Positions 9,878 through 20,286 of a DNA stretch of 64,000 nt are shown here, one piece after another. Origin of the DNA: an uncultured delta proteobacterium. Lineage in GTDB: Bacteria > Desulfobacterota > Binatia > UBA9968. Made by a program: the position numbers and the translations under genes. The stretch lies in the NCBI GenBank assembly GCA_963840855.1, contig CAWJBB010000080.1, forward strand, positions 24,322 to 88,321. The letters run 5' to 3'. The notes beneath the pieces were generated by a model, which worked only from the letters and a program-made list of their open reading frames with translations, did not search any database and was not told the DNA's origin. The stretch's first letter is position 1; each line of letters starts with the position of its first letter.

Positions 9878-11911
9878 CTAGCTTTCCGGCGCTGGCATAG
9901 CGTCGCGCAGCGTCAGTTCCCGTTGTTCGAGATCACGGATGCGGTCGCGCAGCTCCGCCGCTTTTTCGAATTCAAGCTGCTCGGCGGCCTGTTTCATCTC
10001 CTTCTTGAGCTGGCGGATCACCCGCGGCAACTCCGCCGATCCATACCTGGAGCCCTTTTCCGCCGCCACCGGCACGTCGTGATAATCCGCCTCGTAAATT
10101 TTCACCAGCGGCGAGCCCAGAGATTTTACCACCGTCTGCGGCGTAATACCGTGGTTTTTGTTGAATGCCGCTTGCAGCTTCCGCCGCCGGCCGGTTTCGT
10201 CGATGGCTCGATTCATGGAGTCCGTCCTGCCGTCGGCATATAGAATGACCATGCCGCGCACGTTGCGCGCCGCGCGACCGATGGTTTGAATCAGTGATCG
10301 GTCCGAACGCAAAAATCCCTCTTTGTCCGCGTCGAGGATCGCCACTAGGGACACCTCCGGCAAATCAAGTCCTTCACGCAGCAGATTGATGCCCACCAGC
10401 ACGTCAAATTCTCCCGTGCGCAATTGGCGGATGATCTCGACCCGCTCCAACGTTTCGATGTCGGAGTGGAGATAGCGGACTTTGACGTTCAAGTCCTGAT
10501 AGTAGTCGGTCAGGTCTTCGGCCATGCGCTTGGTCAGCGTGGTCACGAGCACGCGCTCCTTGAGCTCGACTCGCTGGCGAATCTCTTCCAGTAAGTCGTC
10601 CACCTGATTGCGCGCGGGGCGCACTACCACTTCGGGGTCCATGAGGCCAGTGGGCCGTATCACCTGTTCGACAACGTCGCCGCGGCTCTGCTGCATTTCA
10701 TATTGAGCGGGGGTGGCGGAGACGTAGATTACCTGGCTTACGCTCGCTTCGAATTCGGCAAAATTCAGGGGCCGGTTATCGAGAGCGGAGGGCAAGCGGA
10801 AACCATATTCGACCAGCGTTTCTTTGCGCGAGCGGTCGCCCCGGTACATGCCGCCGATTTGCGGCACGGTCACATGGCTTTCATCGATGACCAACAGAAA
10901 GTCGCTGGGAAAGTAGCTCAAGAGCGTCGGCGGGGGCTCACCGGGCTTGCGGCCGGTCAGATGCCTGGAATAATTTTCGATGCCCGGGCAAAAACCCATT
11001 TCTTCGAGCAACTCAAGGTCATACAAGGTGCGCTGCTCCAGGCGTTGGGCTTCCAGCAACTTGGCTTCCGCGCGCAGCTCGCGCAGCCGTTCGCCAAGCT
11101 CTTTGCGAATCTCAACAACCGCTTGCTTCATGCGTTCCTCGCCGGTGACGTAGTGGCTCGCCGGATAGATACACGCCTTGTCCACGCGCCGCTGGATTTT
11201 GCCGCGGATCGGATCGATTTCCCGGATCGTCTCGACGGTATCGTCGAAAAATTCGATGCGCAAAGCCGAGCTGTCTTCGTAGGCGGGAAAGATTTCCACG
11301 ATGTCACCGCGGACCCTGAAAGTGCCGCGGTGAAAGTCGTAGTCGCTGCGCTGGTATTGAATATCCACCAGCTTGCGCAGCATCTGGTCGCGATTGATCA
11401 CCGTCCCCTCTTCCAGATAAACCATCATATCGAAATAGGCTTCGGGAGAGCCGAGACCATAGATGCACGACACGCTGGCGACAATCAGGGTATCGCTTCG
11501 TTCGAGAAGCGCTTTGGTGGCCGAATGGCGCAGTTTATCGATCTCGTCGTTGATCGACGCGTCTTTCTCGATATAAGTGTCCGTCGAGGGAACGTAGGCT
11601 TCCGGCTGGTAGTAATCATAGTAACTGACGAAGTAGCGAACCGCGTTTTCGGGGAACAGCTCGCTGAATTCATTATAAAGCTGGGCCGCCAGCGTCTTGT
11701 TCGGCGCGATAACCAGGGTCGGCTTGTTTGTCCGGGCGATAACGTTGGCCATCGTAAAGGTCTTGCCGGACCCGGTAACGCCCAGCAAGACTTGCTGGCG
11801 GCGGTCGCTTTCGATGCCCCGAACCAGCTTTTCGATGGCCTGCGGCTGATCGCCCTGGGGTTTGAAGCCTGTAGTAAGTCGAAACTGTCCCTGGTCTCGG
11901 TGGTGGATCAT
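9878..11911 (-). CDS. uvrB: Excinuclease ABC subunit B
   Basis: GVTGSGKT Walker [15 protein letters not shown] beta-hairpin, DESH, C-terminal UVR motif. The ATG at 11911 is preferred over 11947. Confidence 0.98.
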   Translation of the reverse strand: MIHHRDQGQFRLTTGFKPQGDQPQAIEKLVRGIESDRRQQVLLGVTGSGKTFTMANVIARTNKPTLVIAPNKTLAAQLYNEFSELFPENAVRYFVSYYDYYQPEAYVPSTDTYIEKDASINDEIDKLRHSATKALLERSDTLIVASVSCIYGLGSPEAYFDMMVYLEEGTVINRDQMLRKLVDIQYQRSDYDFHRGTFRVRGDIVEIFPAYEDSSALRIEFFDDTVETIREIDPIRGKIQRRVDKACIYPASHYVTGEERMKQAVVEIRKELGERLRELRAEAKLLEAQRLEQRTLYDLELLEEMGFCPGIENYSRHLTGRKPGEPPPTLLSYFPSDFLLVIDESHVTVPQIGGMYRGDRSRKETLVEYGFRLPSALDNRPLNFAEFEASVSQVIYVSATPAQYEMQQSRGDVVEQVIRPTGLMDPEVVVRPARNQVDDLLEEIRQRVELKERVLVTTLTKRMAEDLTDYYQDLNVKVRYLHSDIETLERVEIIRQLRTGEFDVLVGINLLREGLDLPEVSLVAILDADKEGFLRSDRSLIQTIGRAARNVRGMVILYADGRTDSMNRAIDETGRRRKLQAAFNKNHGITPQTVVKSLGSPLVKIYEADYHDVPVAAEKGSRYGSAELPRVIRQLKKEMKQAAEQLEFEKAAELRDRIRDLEQRELTLRDAMPAPES

Positions 11912-11982
11912 CGCAAAAAAGATACCAGTGCCGGCTGAGCGGAACAAGCCGGACTATAGCCTGCTAAGAGGCGGGACTAAAT

Positions 11983-12252
11983 TCAGCTGCGTAATTTCCA
12001 GATTCTCGCCAAGCCTTCGGGGCTGACCGTCACCATGCGGCCCGGCTGGCTGAACATGATTTTGGCGGCGGCGGGAGAAATTTCCTTGCCGAAAAGACAG
12101 TACGAGTTACCGTTGCGTCCGTGGCCGTTGGCCCACCCCGCGAATTCATCCGGCGTGGGCGTATGTCCCAAATCCGCGGCGCACCGACGCACGATAAAGC
12201 CGAGCATCATTTTATTCGGCGGCTGATTTTTCGCGTCCCGCGCGTCCTTCAT
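11983..12252 (-). CDS. Small hypothetical protein (~89 aa) upstream of uvrB
   Basis: Protein-like ORF (LGFIVRRCAADLGHTPTPDEFAGWAN) filling the gap and co-oriented with uvrB. Start is uncertain (12252 or 12291). Confidence 0.65.
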   Translation of the reverse strand: MKDARDAKNQPPNKMMLGFIVRRCAADLGHTPTPDEFAGWANGHGRNGNSYCLFGKEISPAAAKIMFSQPGRMVTVSPEGLARIWKLRS

Positions 12253-12341
12253 GATTGTCTTTTTAAGCAATCTTCTTCTAGCTTGCAACAAATTGGCCGC
12301 CGCTTCTCAAACTTAACAATTGCTGCTACCCTCGAGCATGA

Positions 12342-12899
12342 ATGACCGCCCCGGACTGGCGCCGCTACTTGAAATTTCGCTGCACCGGCTGCGGCAATTG
12401 CTGCCGCAATACCGTGGTCTGCATAACCGACGGCGACATCCGCCGTATCGTCGAAGGCACCGGCAAATCACCCCGCGATTTCGTCCGTTTCTACACCCAT
12501 GATGAAGTCGCGGTGGCGCGCGACGACCAACTCTGGGTCAATTTCGATACCGGCAGATCGGTGATGGGACTGCGGGCGGTGCGCGACCACTGCATTTTCT
12601 TGGACAATGAGACCAATCGCTGCACAATCTACGAGCACCGGCCGCTGACATGCAGAGATCACCCTTTCAGCATCACGTTTTCGGACACCGATGCCATCGA
12701 AAAGATTTCGTTAAGGCGAATCGTCAAATGCCCACATGAATGGGACGGCGACAACTCGCGCCGCGAACTAAAAAGGATCGCATCGTGGAACGAACGCCAG
12801 GAGGAAAGTTACGTCAAGAAGGTCAAAGTGTGGAACCACAAAGAAAGCGGACCGAAAACCAGACCGGAGTTTCTGCGATTTCTGGGCTTCGACCTATAA
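12342..12899 (+). CDS. YkgJ-family cysteine-cluster (CxxCxxCC) protein
   Basis: FRCTGCGNCC, CIFLD...CTIYEHRPLTCRDHPF. Confidence 0.9.
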   Translation: MTAPDWRRYLKFRCTGCGNCCRNTVVCITDGDIRRIVEGTGKSPRDFVRFYTHDEVAVARDDQLWVNFDTGRSVMGLRAVRDHCIFLDNETNRCTIYEHRPLTCRDHPFSITFSDTDAIEKISLRRIVKCPHEWDGDNSRRELKRIASWNERQEESYVKKVKVWNHKESGPKTRPEFLRFLGFDL

Positions 12900-12904
12900 G
12901 GCCA

Positions 12905-12945
12905 AAAGAAAAGACGGGAAGCTTTTTCAGCCACCCGTCTTCTTA
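12905..12945. terminator. Probable bidirectional intrinsic terminator
   Basis: Stem AAGACGGG (12911-12918) / CCCGTCTT (12934-12941) with A-rich left and T-rich right flanks, between convergent genes. Confidence 0.5.
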
Positions 12946-12997
12946 CCATCTGCTCAAACTGTGCGTGCCCGGTTTCCTGTTGCCTCGTGGGTAATGC

Positions 12998-13933
12998 CTA
13001 ATCGATCATGTGCGTCGTCGCCTTGAGGTGCTTATCGATGGTTACGTATCCCTTCCACTGATCGACGAACCAGTAGCGCACGCCGAACTCGAAGCGGAGC
13101 TCTTTCATATCCCGATCGAAAGGATTGAAGTGCTGGTGGTGCAGCATGCCGGGAGGCACATGGATGGCGTCGCCCTGGTTCCAGTCGAAACGTTGGCCGC
13201 CGATCTCTGAGTAGCCGTCGCCTTCGAGGGCATACAGGTACGCTTCGGGATGGGCGTGGCTGTGGCTCTTGGTGTGCGGCAGATCGACAAAGATCGAGCT
13301 GATCGCCACCCCGGTCGCCTTAAAGCCATTGTCTTTGCCGCTGCGGCCCATCAGGAAGTAGGTCGCGCCATGCTTCGATTCATCCGACTTCACATGCTGG
13401 CTTTGATGCATCGAAATCCGCCGGCCGTCTTCCGGCCAATTCTGCGACTCTTCTTTTGGCAAGGCCGCTAGAACTTTGGCATCGTTTTCGCCGCATTCTA
13501 CCAGCTGTTCCATCTGGCCCATGTAGACATCGGCTTCGAGGTGCCAAGCGAGACCGGAGATATAGCCCACCGGGACCTTCCCGGTGTTGAAAAGCTGATG
13601 TTTGGAGCGATACGGGATATGCAGAATCGTTCCAGGAAAAAACTCGTAGCGCTTATCGTCGAGAATCATGCAGCCTTCGCCGCTCTCGACATAGATCGCT
13701 TCTTCGCCATGGAAATGCTTGCCCGTGTGCCAACCGACGGGAATCTCGGCTCTCATCATGCAGCTGCCACCGGTCGTAAAACCTAGCTCCGGGGCAATCA
13801 TCAACGCGGCCTTGTGATCCTGCGGCGTTCGCACCCATTTAAGATCCTTCGCCCGGGTCACACGCGGCGAATCGGCGACCTTTTTTTCATTGGCTTTAGA
13901 ACGCTCCAACCATGCTGTATAAAAATCACTCAT
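12998..13933 (-). CDS. Bicupin protein of unknown substrate
   Basis: Two cupin motifs (HFHGEE...KHQLFN; HAHPEA...HHQHFN). ATG at 13933 follows RBS GGAGGAAGG. Confidence 0.85.
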   Translation of the reverse strand: MSDFYTAWLERSKANEKKVADSPRVTRAKDLKWVRTPQDHKAALMIAPELGFTTGGSCMMRAEIPVGWHTGKHFHGEEAIYVESGEGCMILDDKRYEFFPGTILHIPYRSKHQLFNTGKVPVGYISGLAWHLEADVYMGQMEQLVECGENDAKVLAALPKEESQNWPEDGRRISMHQSQHVKSDESKHGATYFLMGRSGKDNGFKATGVAISSIFVDLPHTKSHSHAHPEAYLYALEGDGYSEIGGQRFDWNQGDAIHVPPGMLHHQHFNPFDRDMKELRFEFGVRYWFVDQWKGYVTIDKHLKATTHMID

Positions 13934-14037
13934 CCTTCCTCCTATTTGCGTTTTGATATTGCTATTATACATTTTCCTAACCAAGGGTCACGCGCTTGTC
14001 AAACCGCCGCTCCCTCCCCTTCCCAGTTAACCGAAAT

Positions 14038-15615
14038 TCAGTTCGTCGGAAGACTGGCGGCGATAATATTCTTTTTGATTAGAAACTCGCGCGCGACGTC
14101 TTTCGCCTGACGCTTCTCCCCGTCCACGGCGTAGTTGAGCTTGCGCATTTCGTCGACCGTCAGAATGCCGGCTAACTCTTTGAGCAGGCCGCGCAATTTG
14201 GGATGTTTTTCCAAGGCTGCTTGGCCCACCACCGGCACGGCGTCATAGGGCGGAAAATACTTTTTATCATCGTCGAGCTGCACCAATCCATAGCGGCTGA
14301 TGAGGCCGTCGGTGGAGTTGCCGGCGATGAGGTCGATCTGCTTTTCCGCCAGCGCGCGGTATGTTAAAGATAAATCCATCTCTCGTATTTCCTGGAAATG
14401 AAAACCATAGGTCCGGGCGAACCCTGGATAGCCATCCGGCCTCGACATGAAATCCTGCCCGAATCCCGCGCGCCACTGCTGCGACACTCTGGCCGCATCA
14501 CTCACCGTTTTCAATCCGAGTTTCTGCGCGTCCTCCGCGCGTACTAAAATCGCAAACGTATTGTTAAAGCCGAGCGGCTCAGTCCACTCAAGATTAAAAC
14601 GCTTGGCGTATTCGTCTTTGACAATGCGGTAGACTTCCCGGGGATCTTTCAAGGGTTTGCTTTTGAGGATCGACAGCAGACCAGTGCCGGTGTATTCGAT
14701 ATAGACGTCGATCTCGCCGGCGATGAGCGCGTCATGCGCAAGGTTGCCGCCCAGATCGAAACGGCGAACGACTTGGGAACCCGTCTTCCCTTCGATGGCC
14801 TGAGCGAGAATTTCGCCGAGTATAACCTGTTCGGTGAAATCTTTCGATCCGACCGCGACTCGGCCCGAAGTCTCGGCCATGAAAAAGTACGACCCGGCGA
14901 GAAACAACAAGACGACGGCAGCGCCGGACCAGAGTAGCCTTCTCGATTTTGCCTTGACGGCGCCGCCGAATTGAATGATTCGCTCGAGGTAGCCCAATAG
15001 TAGATCGGCTACGAGGGCGATGGCCGCCGCCGGGACCGCGCCGGCGAGAATTAAAACGTTGTCGTTGGCGCGCAGGCCGCGAAAAATATAGCGGCCCAAT
15101 CCGCCGGCGTCGATAGCGGCGGCGATGGTCGCCGTGCCGACGCAGATGACGGTGGCGACGCGCACCCCGGCAATGATGACGCCCAGGGCGAGGGGCAACT
15201 CCACTTGAAAAAGCAGTTGCCGGTCGGTCATGCCCATGCCGCGGCCGGCCTCGCGAATGGCCGGATCGACGCCGCTGATGCCGGTGAAGGTATTGCGAAT
15301 GATCGGCAGTAACGAATACAAGACCAGCGCGACGATGGCCGTGCGCGGGCCGATGCCACCGAGAATTTTGACCTCGAAGAGATAGACGTTGAGGGGAATT
15401 AGAAAACCGAACAGCGCCAGGCTCGGCACGGTCTGCATGATATTGGCGAAGCCGAGCACGGGTTTGCTGAGCGCCGGCTTGCGCGTCAATAGGATGCCCA
15501 ATGGCACGCCGATCACTACCGCCATGCCGGTGGAGATCGCCACTAGAAACAAGTGCTCGCCGACCAACTCCAAGACTTCCTGGCGATTGCGCAGCAGAAA
15601 CTCGAAGAAACTCAC
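14038..15615 (-). CDS. Quaternary-amine (glycine betaine/ergothioneine-type) ABC transporter, fused permease and substrate-binding protein
   Basis: QTVPSLALFG, EAGRGMGMT (EAA loop), then OpuAC-type domain GSKDFTEQ, EYTGT, GFNNTF, FPPY. Confidence 0.9.
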   Translation of the reverse strand: MSFFEFLLRNRQEVLELVGEHLFLVAISTGMAVVIGVPLGILLTRKPALSKPVLGFANIMQTVPSLALFGFLIPLNVYLFEVKILGGIGPRTAIVALVLYSLLPIIRNTFTGISGVDPAIREAGRGMGMTDRQLLFQVELPLALGVIIAGVRVATVICVGTATIAAAIDAGGLGRYIFRGLRANDNVLILAGAVPAAAIALVADLLLGYLERIIQFGGAVKAKSRRLLWSGAAVVLLFLAGSYFFMAETSGRVAVGSKDFTEQVILGEILAQAIEGKTGSQVVRRFDLGGNLAHDALIAGEIDVYIEYTGTGLLSILKSKPLKDPREVYRIVKDEYAKRFNLEWTEPLGFNNTFAILVRAEDAQKLGLKTVSDAARVSQQWRAGFGQDFMSRPDGYPGFARTYGFHFQEIREMDLSLTYRALAEKQIDLIAGNSTDGLISRYGLVQLDDDKKYFPPYDAVPVVGQAALEKHPKLRGLLKELAGILTVDEMRKLNYAVDGEKRQAKDVAREFLIKKNIIAASLPTN

Positions 15616-16376
15616 GCCGCGTTCTCCGGAGAGCCGGCTTCATGAAAACATTGCGCGAAGGCGCGCGCCTCGGGATCGTTGGACTCCAGAAGCAACGCCG
15701 GCGGCCCGAGCAAAATCATCTTGCCATCTTTGACCAAACCGATGCGCGTGCCAAGCACGAAGGCCTCGCGCACATCGTGGGTGACGAAGACCATGGTCTT
15801 GTGGAGGCGCGCCTGGAGATCTTTAAATTCAAACTGAATTTCCCGCCGCGTGATCGGGTCTAGCGCGCCGAAGGGCTCGTCGAGCAATATCACCGGCGGG
15901 TCCGCCGCAAGGGCGCGCGCCACCCCGACCCGCTGGCGCTGCCCGCCGGACAACTCCCGCGGATAACGCGCGCTGAAGCGGTCCGGATCAAGGCCCAGCA
16001 TGCTCAGCAATTCGCGGGCGCGATCCTTGATGCGCTCGCTGTCCCAGCCTTCCAGGCGGGGCACGACGGAGATATTTTCTGCCACGGTGAGATGGGGGAA
16101 TAGACCGATCTCCTGGATCACGTAGCCGATGCGCCGGCGCAGTTGGATGGGGTCCCAATCGAAAGTAGAGCGGCTTTCGACACGGACTTCGCCGTCCGTG
16201 GGATCGAGCAGGCGATTGATCAGCTTCATGGTCGTCGTCTTACCCGAACCGCTGCGCCCGAGTAAAACCAGAGTCTCGCCCCGGTTGATTTCGAGATTCA
16301 AACCCGAAAGCAGCGTCTTGCCGTCGGCCAGACGAAAACTCACGCCGTGAAATTCAATGCTCTTTTCCGCGTCCAT
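15612..16376 (-). CDS. Quaternary-amine ABC transporter ATPase (OpuBA/EgtV-like, no CBS domains)
   Basis: GRSGSGKTT, IGYVIQEIGLFPH, LSGGQRQR, LLDEPFGALD; 4-bp overlap with the permease. Start is 16376 or 16409. Confidence 0.92.
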   Translation of the reverse strand: MDAEKSIEFHGVSFRLADGKTLLSGLNLEINRGETLVLLGRSGSGKTTTMKLINRLLDPTDGEVRVESRSTFDWDPIQLRRRIGYVIQEIGLFPHLTVAENISVVPRLEGWDSERIKDRARELLSMLGLDPDRFSARYPRELSGGQRQRVGVARALAADPPVILLDEPFGALDPITRREIQFEFKDLQARLHKTMVFVTHDVREAFVLGTRIGLVKDGKMILLGPPALLLESNDPEARAFAQCFHEAGSPENAA

Positions 16377-16439
16377 CACGTCACGATTACCATGGCTCGG
16401 GCTAGACATTCCACCGATTTTCTTGTAGTCACGCAGTTC

Positions 16440-17468
16440 ATGCCACCGACGTCAGATGCATTGTTGATCGCGCCGGAAAAACAGGGCCGTTGGCGCCAGG
16501 TTCAACCCTTCGTTTGGTCGTTCAATGACGACACGCAACGGGAAGATCCGGCGAGGTCGGTTATGAGGACGCTCTTCGACCAGCCGCGCTGGCTCGAAGC
16601 CTATCATCTCTACGACGACCAAGGCTCGGAGCTTTTCGAGCGCATCTGCGAGTTGCCGGAATATTATTTGACCCGTACGGAGAACTCGATCCTTGAACGT
16701 AACGCCGGCCGCATCATCGCCAGCGCGCCGGCGCAAGCTTTAGTCGAGCTCGGCGCCGGCTACTCGAAGAAGACTATTCATCTGTTGAAAGAACAGGCGC
16801 GCCAACGGGGCTCGGGAATCTTCGCGCCCATCGACGTAAGCCTGCCGGGACTGGTTGCGGCGCGCGACTTCACCGCCGCCAATTTTCCCGAGCTGCGCTT
16901 CAACGGCTTGCACGCCCTTTACGAAGACGGCTTTTCCAGCGTCGCCAAGGATATCCCGACACTGTTCATCTTTCTCGGCAGCACCATCGGCAACTTTACA
17001 CCCCCCACTTTCATTCGCTTCTTCACGCAGCTTGCCCAAGCGATGGGGCCCAATGATTATTTGCTGCTCGGCGCCGACCGCATCAAGGATACCGGCGTGC
17101 TCGAACGGGCTTACGCTGACTCCCTGGGCATAACAGCCGAATTTATTCTCAACGTCTTTCTTAACATCAATCGTCTGACCGGCGGCAATTTCGACACCGC
17201 CAAGATGCGCTACCATTCCTGGTACAATCCGGAATGGGCGCAGATCGAAATGTATGCGATTGCCACGGCGTCCCAGGAAATTTGCTTTCCGAAATTTGGC
17301 GCGTCTTTTCATTGGCCCAAAGACCAACGGATTCTGGTCGAAATCAGCCGCAAGTTCGAGCCCGCGCGCCTGCAACAGCAGCTAACGTTTTTTGGCCTGT
17401 CGCCCGTCGCCCACTATACGGACGCCAACGATTGGTTTTCACTGCTGCTTTTCAAGAAATCATCTTAG
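16440..17468 (+). CDS. egtD: Histidine N-alpha-methyltransferase family (EgtD / Methyltransf_33)
   Basis: GSELFERICELPEYYLTRTE, ELGAG, FLGSTIGNF, IEM, VEISRKF. The family is clear but the exact substrate is not. Confidence 0.8.
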   Translation: MPPTSDALLIAPEKQGRWRQVQPFVWSFNDDTQREDPARSVMRTLFDQPRWLEAYHLYDDQGSELFERICELPEYYLTRTENSILERNAGRIIASAPAQALVELGAGYSKKTIHLLKEQARQRGSGIFAPIDVSLPGLVAARDFTAANFPELRFNGLHALYEDGFSSVAKDIPTLFIFLGSTIGNFTPPTFIRFFTQLAQAMGPNDYLLLGADRIKDTGVLERAYADSLGITAEFILNVFLNINRLTGGNFDTAKMRYHSWYNPEWAQIEMYAIATASQEICFPKFGASFHWPKDQRILVEISRKFEPARLQQQLTFFGLSPVAHYTDANDWFSLLLFKKSS

Positions 17469-17559
17469 GATTATCCTCGCGCCTCTTCGACCCTAATCTC
17501 TTTTTTCGCGTTGACAAACCACCGCCTTCGATGAAACAGTATCCGCGGAGGAAACCCAT

Positions 17560-18540
17560 ATGAAAATAAAAGGAGGTTTGGCGGCCGTCCTAGTGGCGCT
17601 GCTGCCAGCAACGACCATGGCGGAAGACGTAATCAAAATTGGACTGTTCAACAAGGACGCGGTGATCATCGCCGCCGAAGCCAAGGGTTTACTCAAAGCG
17701 GAAAACATCCGCGTCGAAATCAATACCGTGACCGACTCGCCTACCCTGCTGCGCAATCTGATCAAGGGCAATTACGATTTGATCATAAACAACGCCGACA
17801 ACGTGATTGCCTGGGCGGAAGGCCAGGGCGAAGACCCGCAAAAAAACGACTTCATCATCTTTCTCGGGGGTAGCCGGGGTGTGGATCAAAAACTGATCGT
17901 CGCGCCCGGCATCAATGATTACGCCGATCTCAAAGGAAAGATATTCGCCGTCGATGCGCCCACCACAGGCTACGCCATCGTCGGCGTTTACATCTTGAAA
18001 AAACACGGCCTGGAATGGAACCGCGATTACACGTTCAAGGCTTTTGGCAACACCGCGGGGCGCGCCAATGCCATGAGCCGAGGCGAAGCGTCGGGCGCGA
18101 TGATGAGCTTGCCCGATGATGAGATCCAAAAGCGCGGTTTCAAAGTGCTTGCCCAAGCAAGAGACTATGTCAAACACTACGCCCGGGGTCTGGGTGCCAC
18201 GCGCCGGCAGTGGGCCAACGCCAACGAAGATTTATTAATTCGTTTTAACCGCGCGATGATCCGGACCAGCGACTGGGTGTTAGAACCGAATAACAAGCAA
18301 GAGGTAATCCAGCTCTTGCTCAGCGAAACCAAAAATAACAAAGCCCGCGCAGAAGCGATGTATGAGCAAACGTTAAGCCCGACCATGGGAATCACGCCGC
18401 GCAGCCGCATCGATTACGAAGGCATCCGCCAGGTGCTCCAGCTGCGCGAGATCGCGGGCTTGATGAAACCCGGTGAATTCAAAGCGGAGAAATACGTTGA
18501 CGAGCGCTTTTATAATAAGGCCCTCGCAAGCATCAAATAG
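17560..18540 (+). CDS. ABC-type substrate-binding protein, NMT1/SsuA-like
   Basis: Signal peptide; DLKGKIFAVDAPTTGY; C-terminal EKYVDERF. Confidence 0.85.
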   Translation: MKIKGGLAAVLVALLPATTMAEDVIKIGLFNKDAVIIAAEAKGLLKAENIRVEINTVTDSPTLLRNLIKGNYDLIINNADNVIAWAEGQGEDPQKNDFIIFLGGSRGVDQKLIVAPGINDYADLKGKIFAVDAPTTGYAIVGVYILKKHGLEWNRDYTFKAFGNTAGRANAMSRGEASGAMMSLPDDEIQKRGFKVLAQARDYVKHYARGLGATRRQWANANEDLLIRFNRAMIRTSDWVLEPNNKQEVIQLLLSETKNNKARAEAMYEQTLSPTMGITPRSRIDYEGIRQVLQLREIAGLMKPGEFKAEKYVDERFYNKALASIK

Positions 18541-18570
18541 CCGATTGGCCTTGGCAGGGGAGATTGAATC

Positions 18571-18963
18571 ATGGCCCGGATCAAACATATCGCCATTCGC
18601 ACTCACGACGTGGAAAAGACTGCGGCTTTTTATCGAGAGGCCTTCGGCCTCACGCAAGTCGGCACGGGCCAGAGCGGCGTCTACCTTTCCGACGGTTATT
18701 TGAACATCGCCATCTTGAAGCTACGGCCCGCCATCGAGGGCGAGCCTCTGAAGCTCGGCGTCGATCATATCGGCTTTCAAGTGAACGATGTCGGGGCCAC
18801 CGTGGCACACATTCAACGGCTGGGCGGGAAATCGTTGACCGATCGAATGGACACGACCGCGACAAACTCGACGGAGCCGCAATCCTATTTTGAAGTTAAG
18901 TGCCTGGGCCCGGACGAGCAAGTGATCGATGTTTCCTCGGCCGGTTGGGTTGGCTCGGGATGA
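18571..18963 (+). CDS. VOC/glyoxalase-family protein
   Basis: IKHIAIRTHDVEKTAAFY, GVDHIGFQV, GPDEQVIDV. Confidence 0.9.
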   Translation: MARIKHIAIRTHDVEKTAAFYREAFGLTQVGTGQSGVYLSDGYLNIAILKLRPAIEGEPLKLGVDHIGFQVNDVGATVAHIQRLGGKSLTDRMDTTATNSTEPQSYFEVKCLGPDEQVIDVSSAGWVGSG

Positions 18964-18973
18964 TGTGACGAAT

Positions 18974-19026
18974 CGGTTCAAGGTTTCAGGTTTGCTCGGA
19001 AACTTTAGAAGCGCGTGTTTGAACCG
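18974..19026. repeat. Degenerate member of the GTTCAA heptamer palindrome family
   Basis: CGGTTCAAGGTTTCAGG ... TTTGAACCG inverted ends. Confidence 0.5.
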
Positions 19027-19044
19027 TCCCCGGAACCAGGATGC

Positions 19045-20073
19045 ATGAAACGGAACGCTTGGCGAGCACTATTGTTCGTAACGATGATCTGCTTCGGCGT
19101 GGCAGCAGGCGCCGCTTTCGGGCAGGAGCAAGTATTCAAGGGTAAAACCATTCGGCTTATCGTTGGATTGGCCCCGGGCGGCGGCTTCGATACTTATTCG
19201 CGCGCCATCGCCCGCCATATGGGGAGGCACATCCCCGGTTTTCCCGCCATCGTCGTAGACAACATGCCGGGGGCAGCCAGTCTAGTCTCTGCCAATTATC
19301 TCTACAAAGTCGCCAGGCCCGACGGTCTCACCATCGGCAATTTCGTCGGCGGCATCGCCATGCACGAGCTTTTCGGCAAACCGGGAATCGAGTTTCAGTC
19401 CAGGAAGTTCGAATACCTCGGCGTGCCGGCCCAGGATAATTTCATGCTCGGGGTGGCGAAATCGACGGGCATCACGAGCGTAGAGAAATGGATTGCTTCC
19501 GGAACCATGCTCAAGTTCGGCGGCGTGTCACCAGGCGGTGGCACCGATGACCTGCCCAAAGTCGTCAAGGCCGTGCTCGGTCTGCCGCTCCAGCTCGTTA
19601 CCGGCTACAAAGGCACTGGACCAATCCGGCTCGCGTTTAACTCCGGCGAAGTACAGGGTGTTTCCAATTCCATAGAATCGTTTAATTCCACCTGGACCAG
19701 CGAGATGGAAAAAGGTGAAGTGGTAATCATTTTGCAGGAAACGGTCAAACCGCATTCTTCGCTTCCCAACGTTCCGGTGGCATTCGACCTGGCCAAGACC
19801 GAAGAAGGGAAAAAATTGATTCGCGCGCAGGCCACCATCAACGGCGTCACCAATCGCCTGTATGCCCTGCCGCCGGGAACGCCCAAGCCGGTGGTTTATA
19901 GCTTGCGCAAAGCTTTCTCGGCGACACTCAAGGACCCCGAGTTCTTGGCCGACGCCAAAAAAGCTAGACTCGACATCGATCCCATCGATGGCGAGGCAAT
20001 TGCCAATGAAGTTAAAGGGCTCTTCAACCTCGATCGCTCGTTGGTGGAAAAATTGCAGGAGATCTTGAAATAG
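19045..20073 (+). CDS. Tripartite tricarboxylate transporter binding protein (Bug/TctC)
   Basis: Signal peptide; IVGLAPGGGFDTYSR, NMPGAAS, PDGLT, GYKG. Confidence 0.9.
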   Translation: MKRNAWRALLFVTMICFGVAAGAAFGQEQVFKGKTIRLIVGLAPGGGFDTYSRAIARHMGRHIPGFPAIVVDNMPGAASLVSANYLYKVARPDGLTIGNFVGGIAMHELFGKPGIEFQSRKFEYLGVPAQDNFMLGVAKSTGITSVEKWIASGTMLKFGGVSPGGGTDDLPKVVKAVLGLPLQLVTGYKGTGPIRLAFNSGEVQGVSNSIESFNSTWTSEMEKGEVVIILQETVKPHSSLPNVPVAFDLAKTEEGKKLIRAQATINGVTNRLYALPPGTPKPVVYSLRKAFSATLKDPEFLADAKKARLDIDPIDGEAIANEVKGLFNLDRSLVEKLQEILK

Positions 20074-20094
20074 CACCGCAGCGCAATCGCGCGC

Positions 20095-20286
20095 TCATTC
20101 GGAACGCCGACCGCGGGACCGAAGCATGAAACGATTACCGCACTCGCCGCAGCGATAAGGCAGAATGCCGAACAGGCTCAGGCACCGCTCAAAAAGGTTT
20201 TTCCGGCGGGAGCGCCGGGTTCTGCGGCTATCCCGGCAATACGGACATTGAAGGGTTTTCTTCTCACTGCCAATTGTCTCATTCAT
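20095..20286 (-). CDS. Small basic zinc-ribbon protein (63 aa)
   Basis: CPYC...RRSRRKNLFER...PYRCGECGNRF: paired CxxC motifs. Confidence 0.7.
   Translation of the reverse strand: MNETIGSEKKTLQCPYCRDSRRTRRSRRKNLFERCLSLFGILPYRCGECGNRFMLRSRGRRSE

Noticed and set aside
10703-11938. 411-aa plus-strand ORF, and similar long antisense ORFs at 21700, 25721, 56838, 57660 and 63100
   Set aside because: They mirror well-supported genes on the other strand, which is expected in GC-rich coding DNA.
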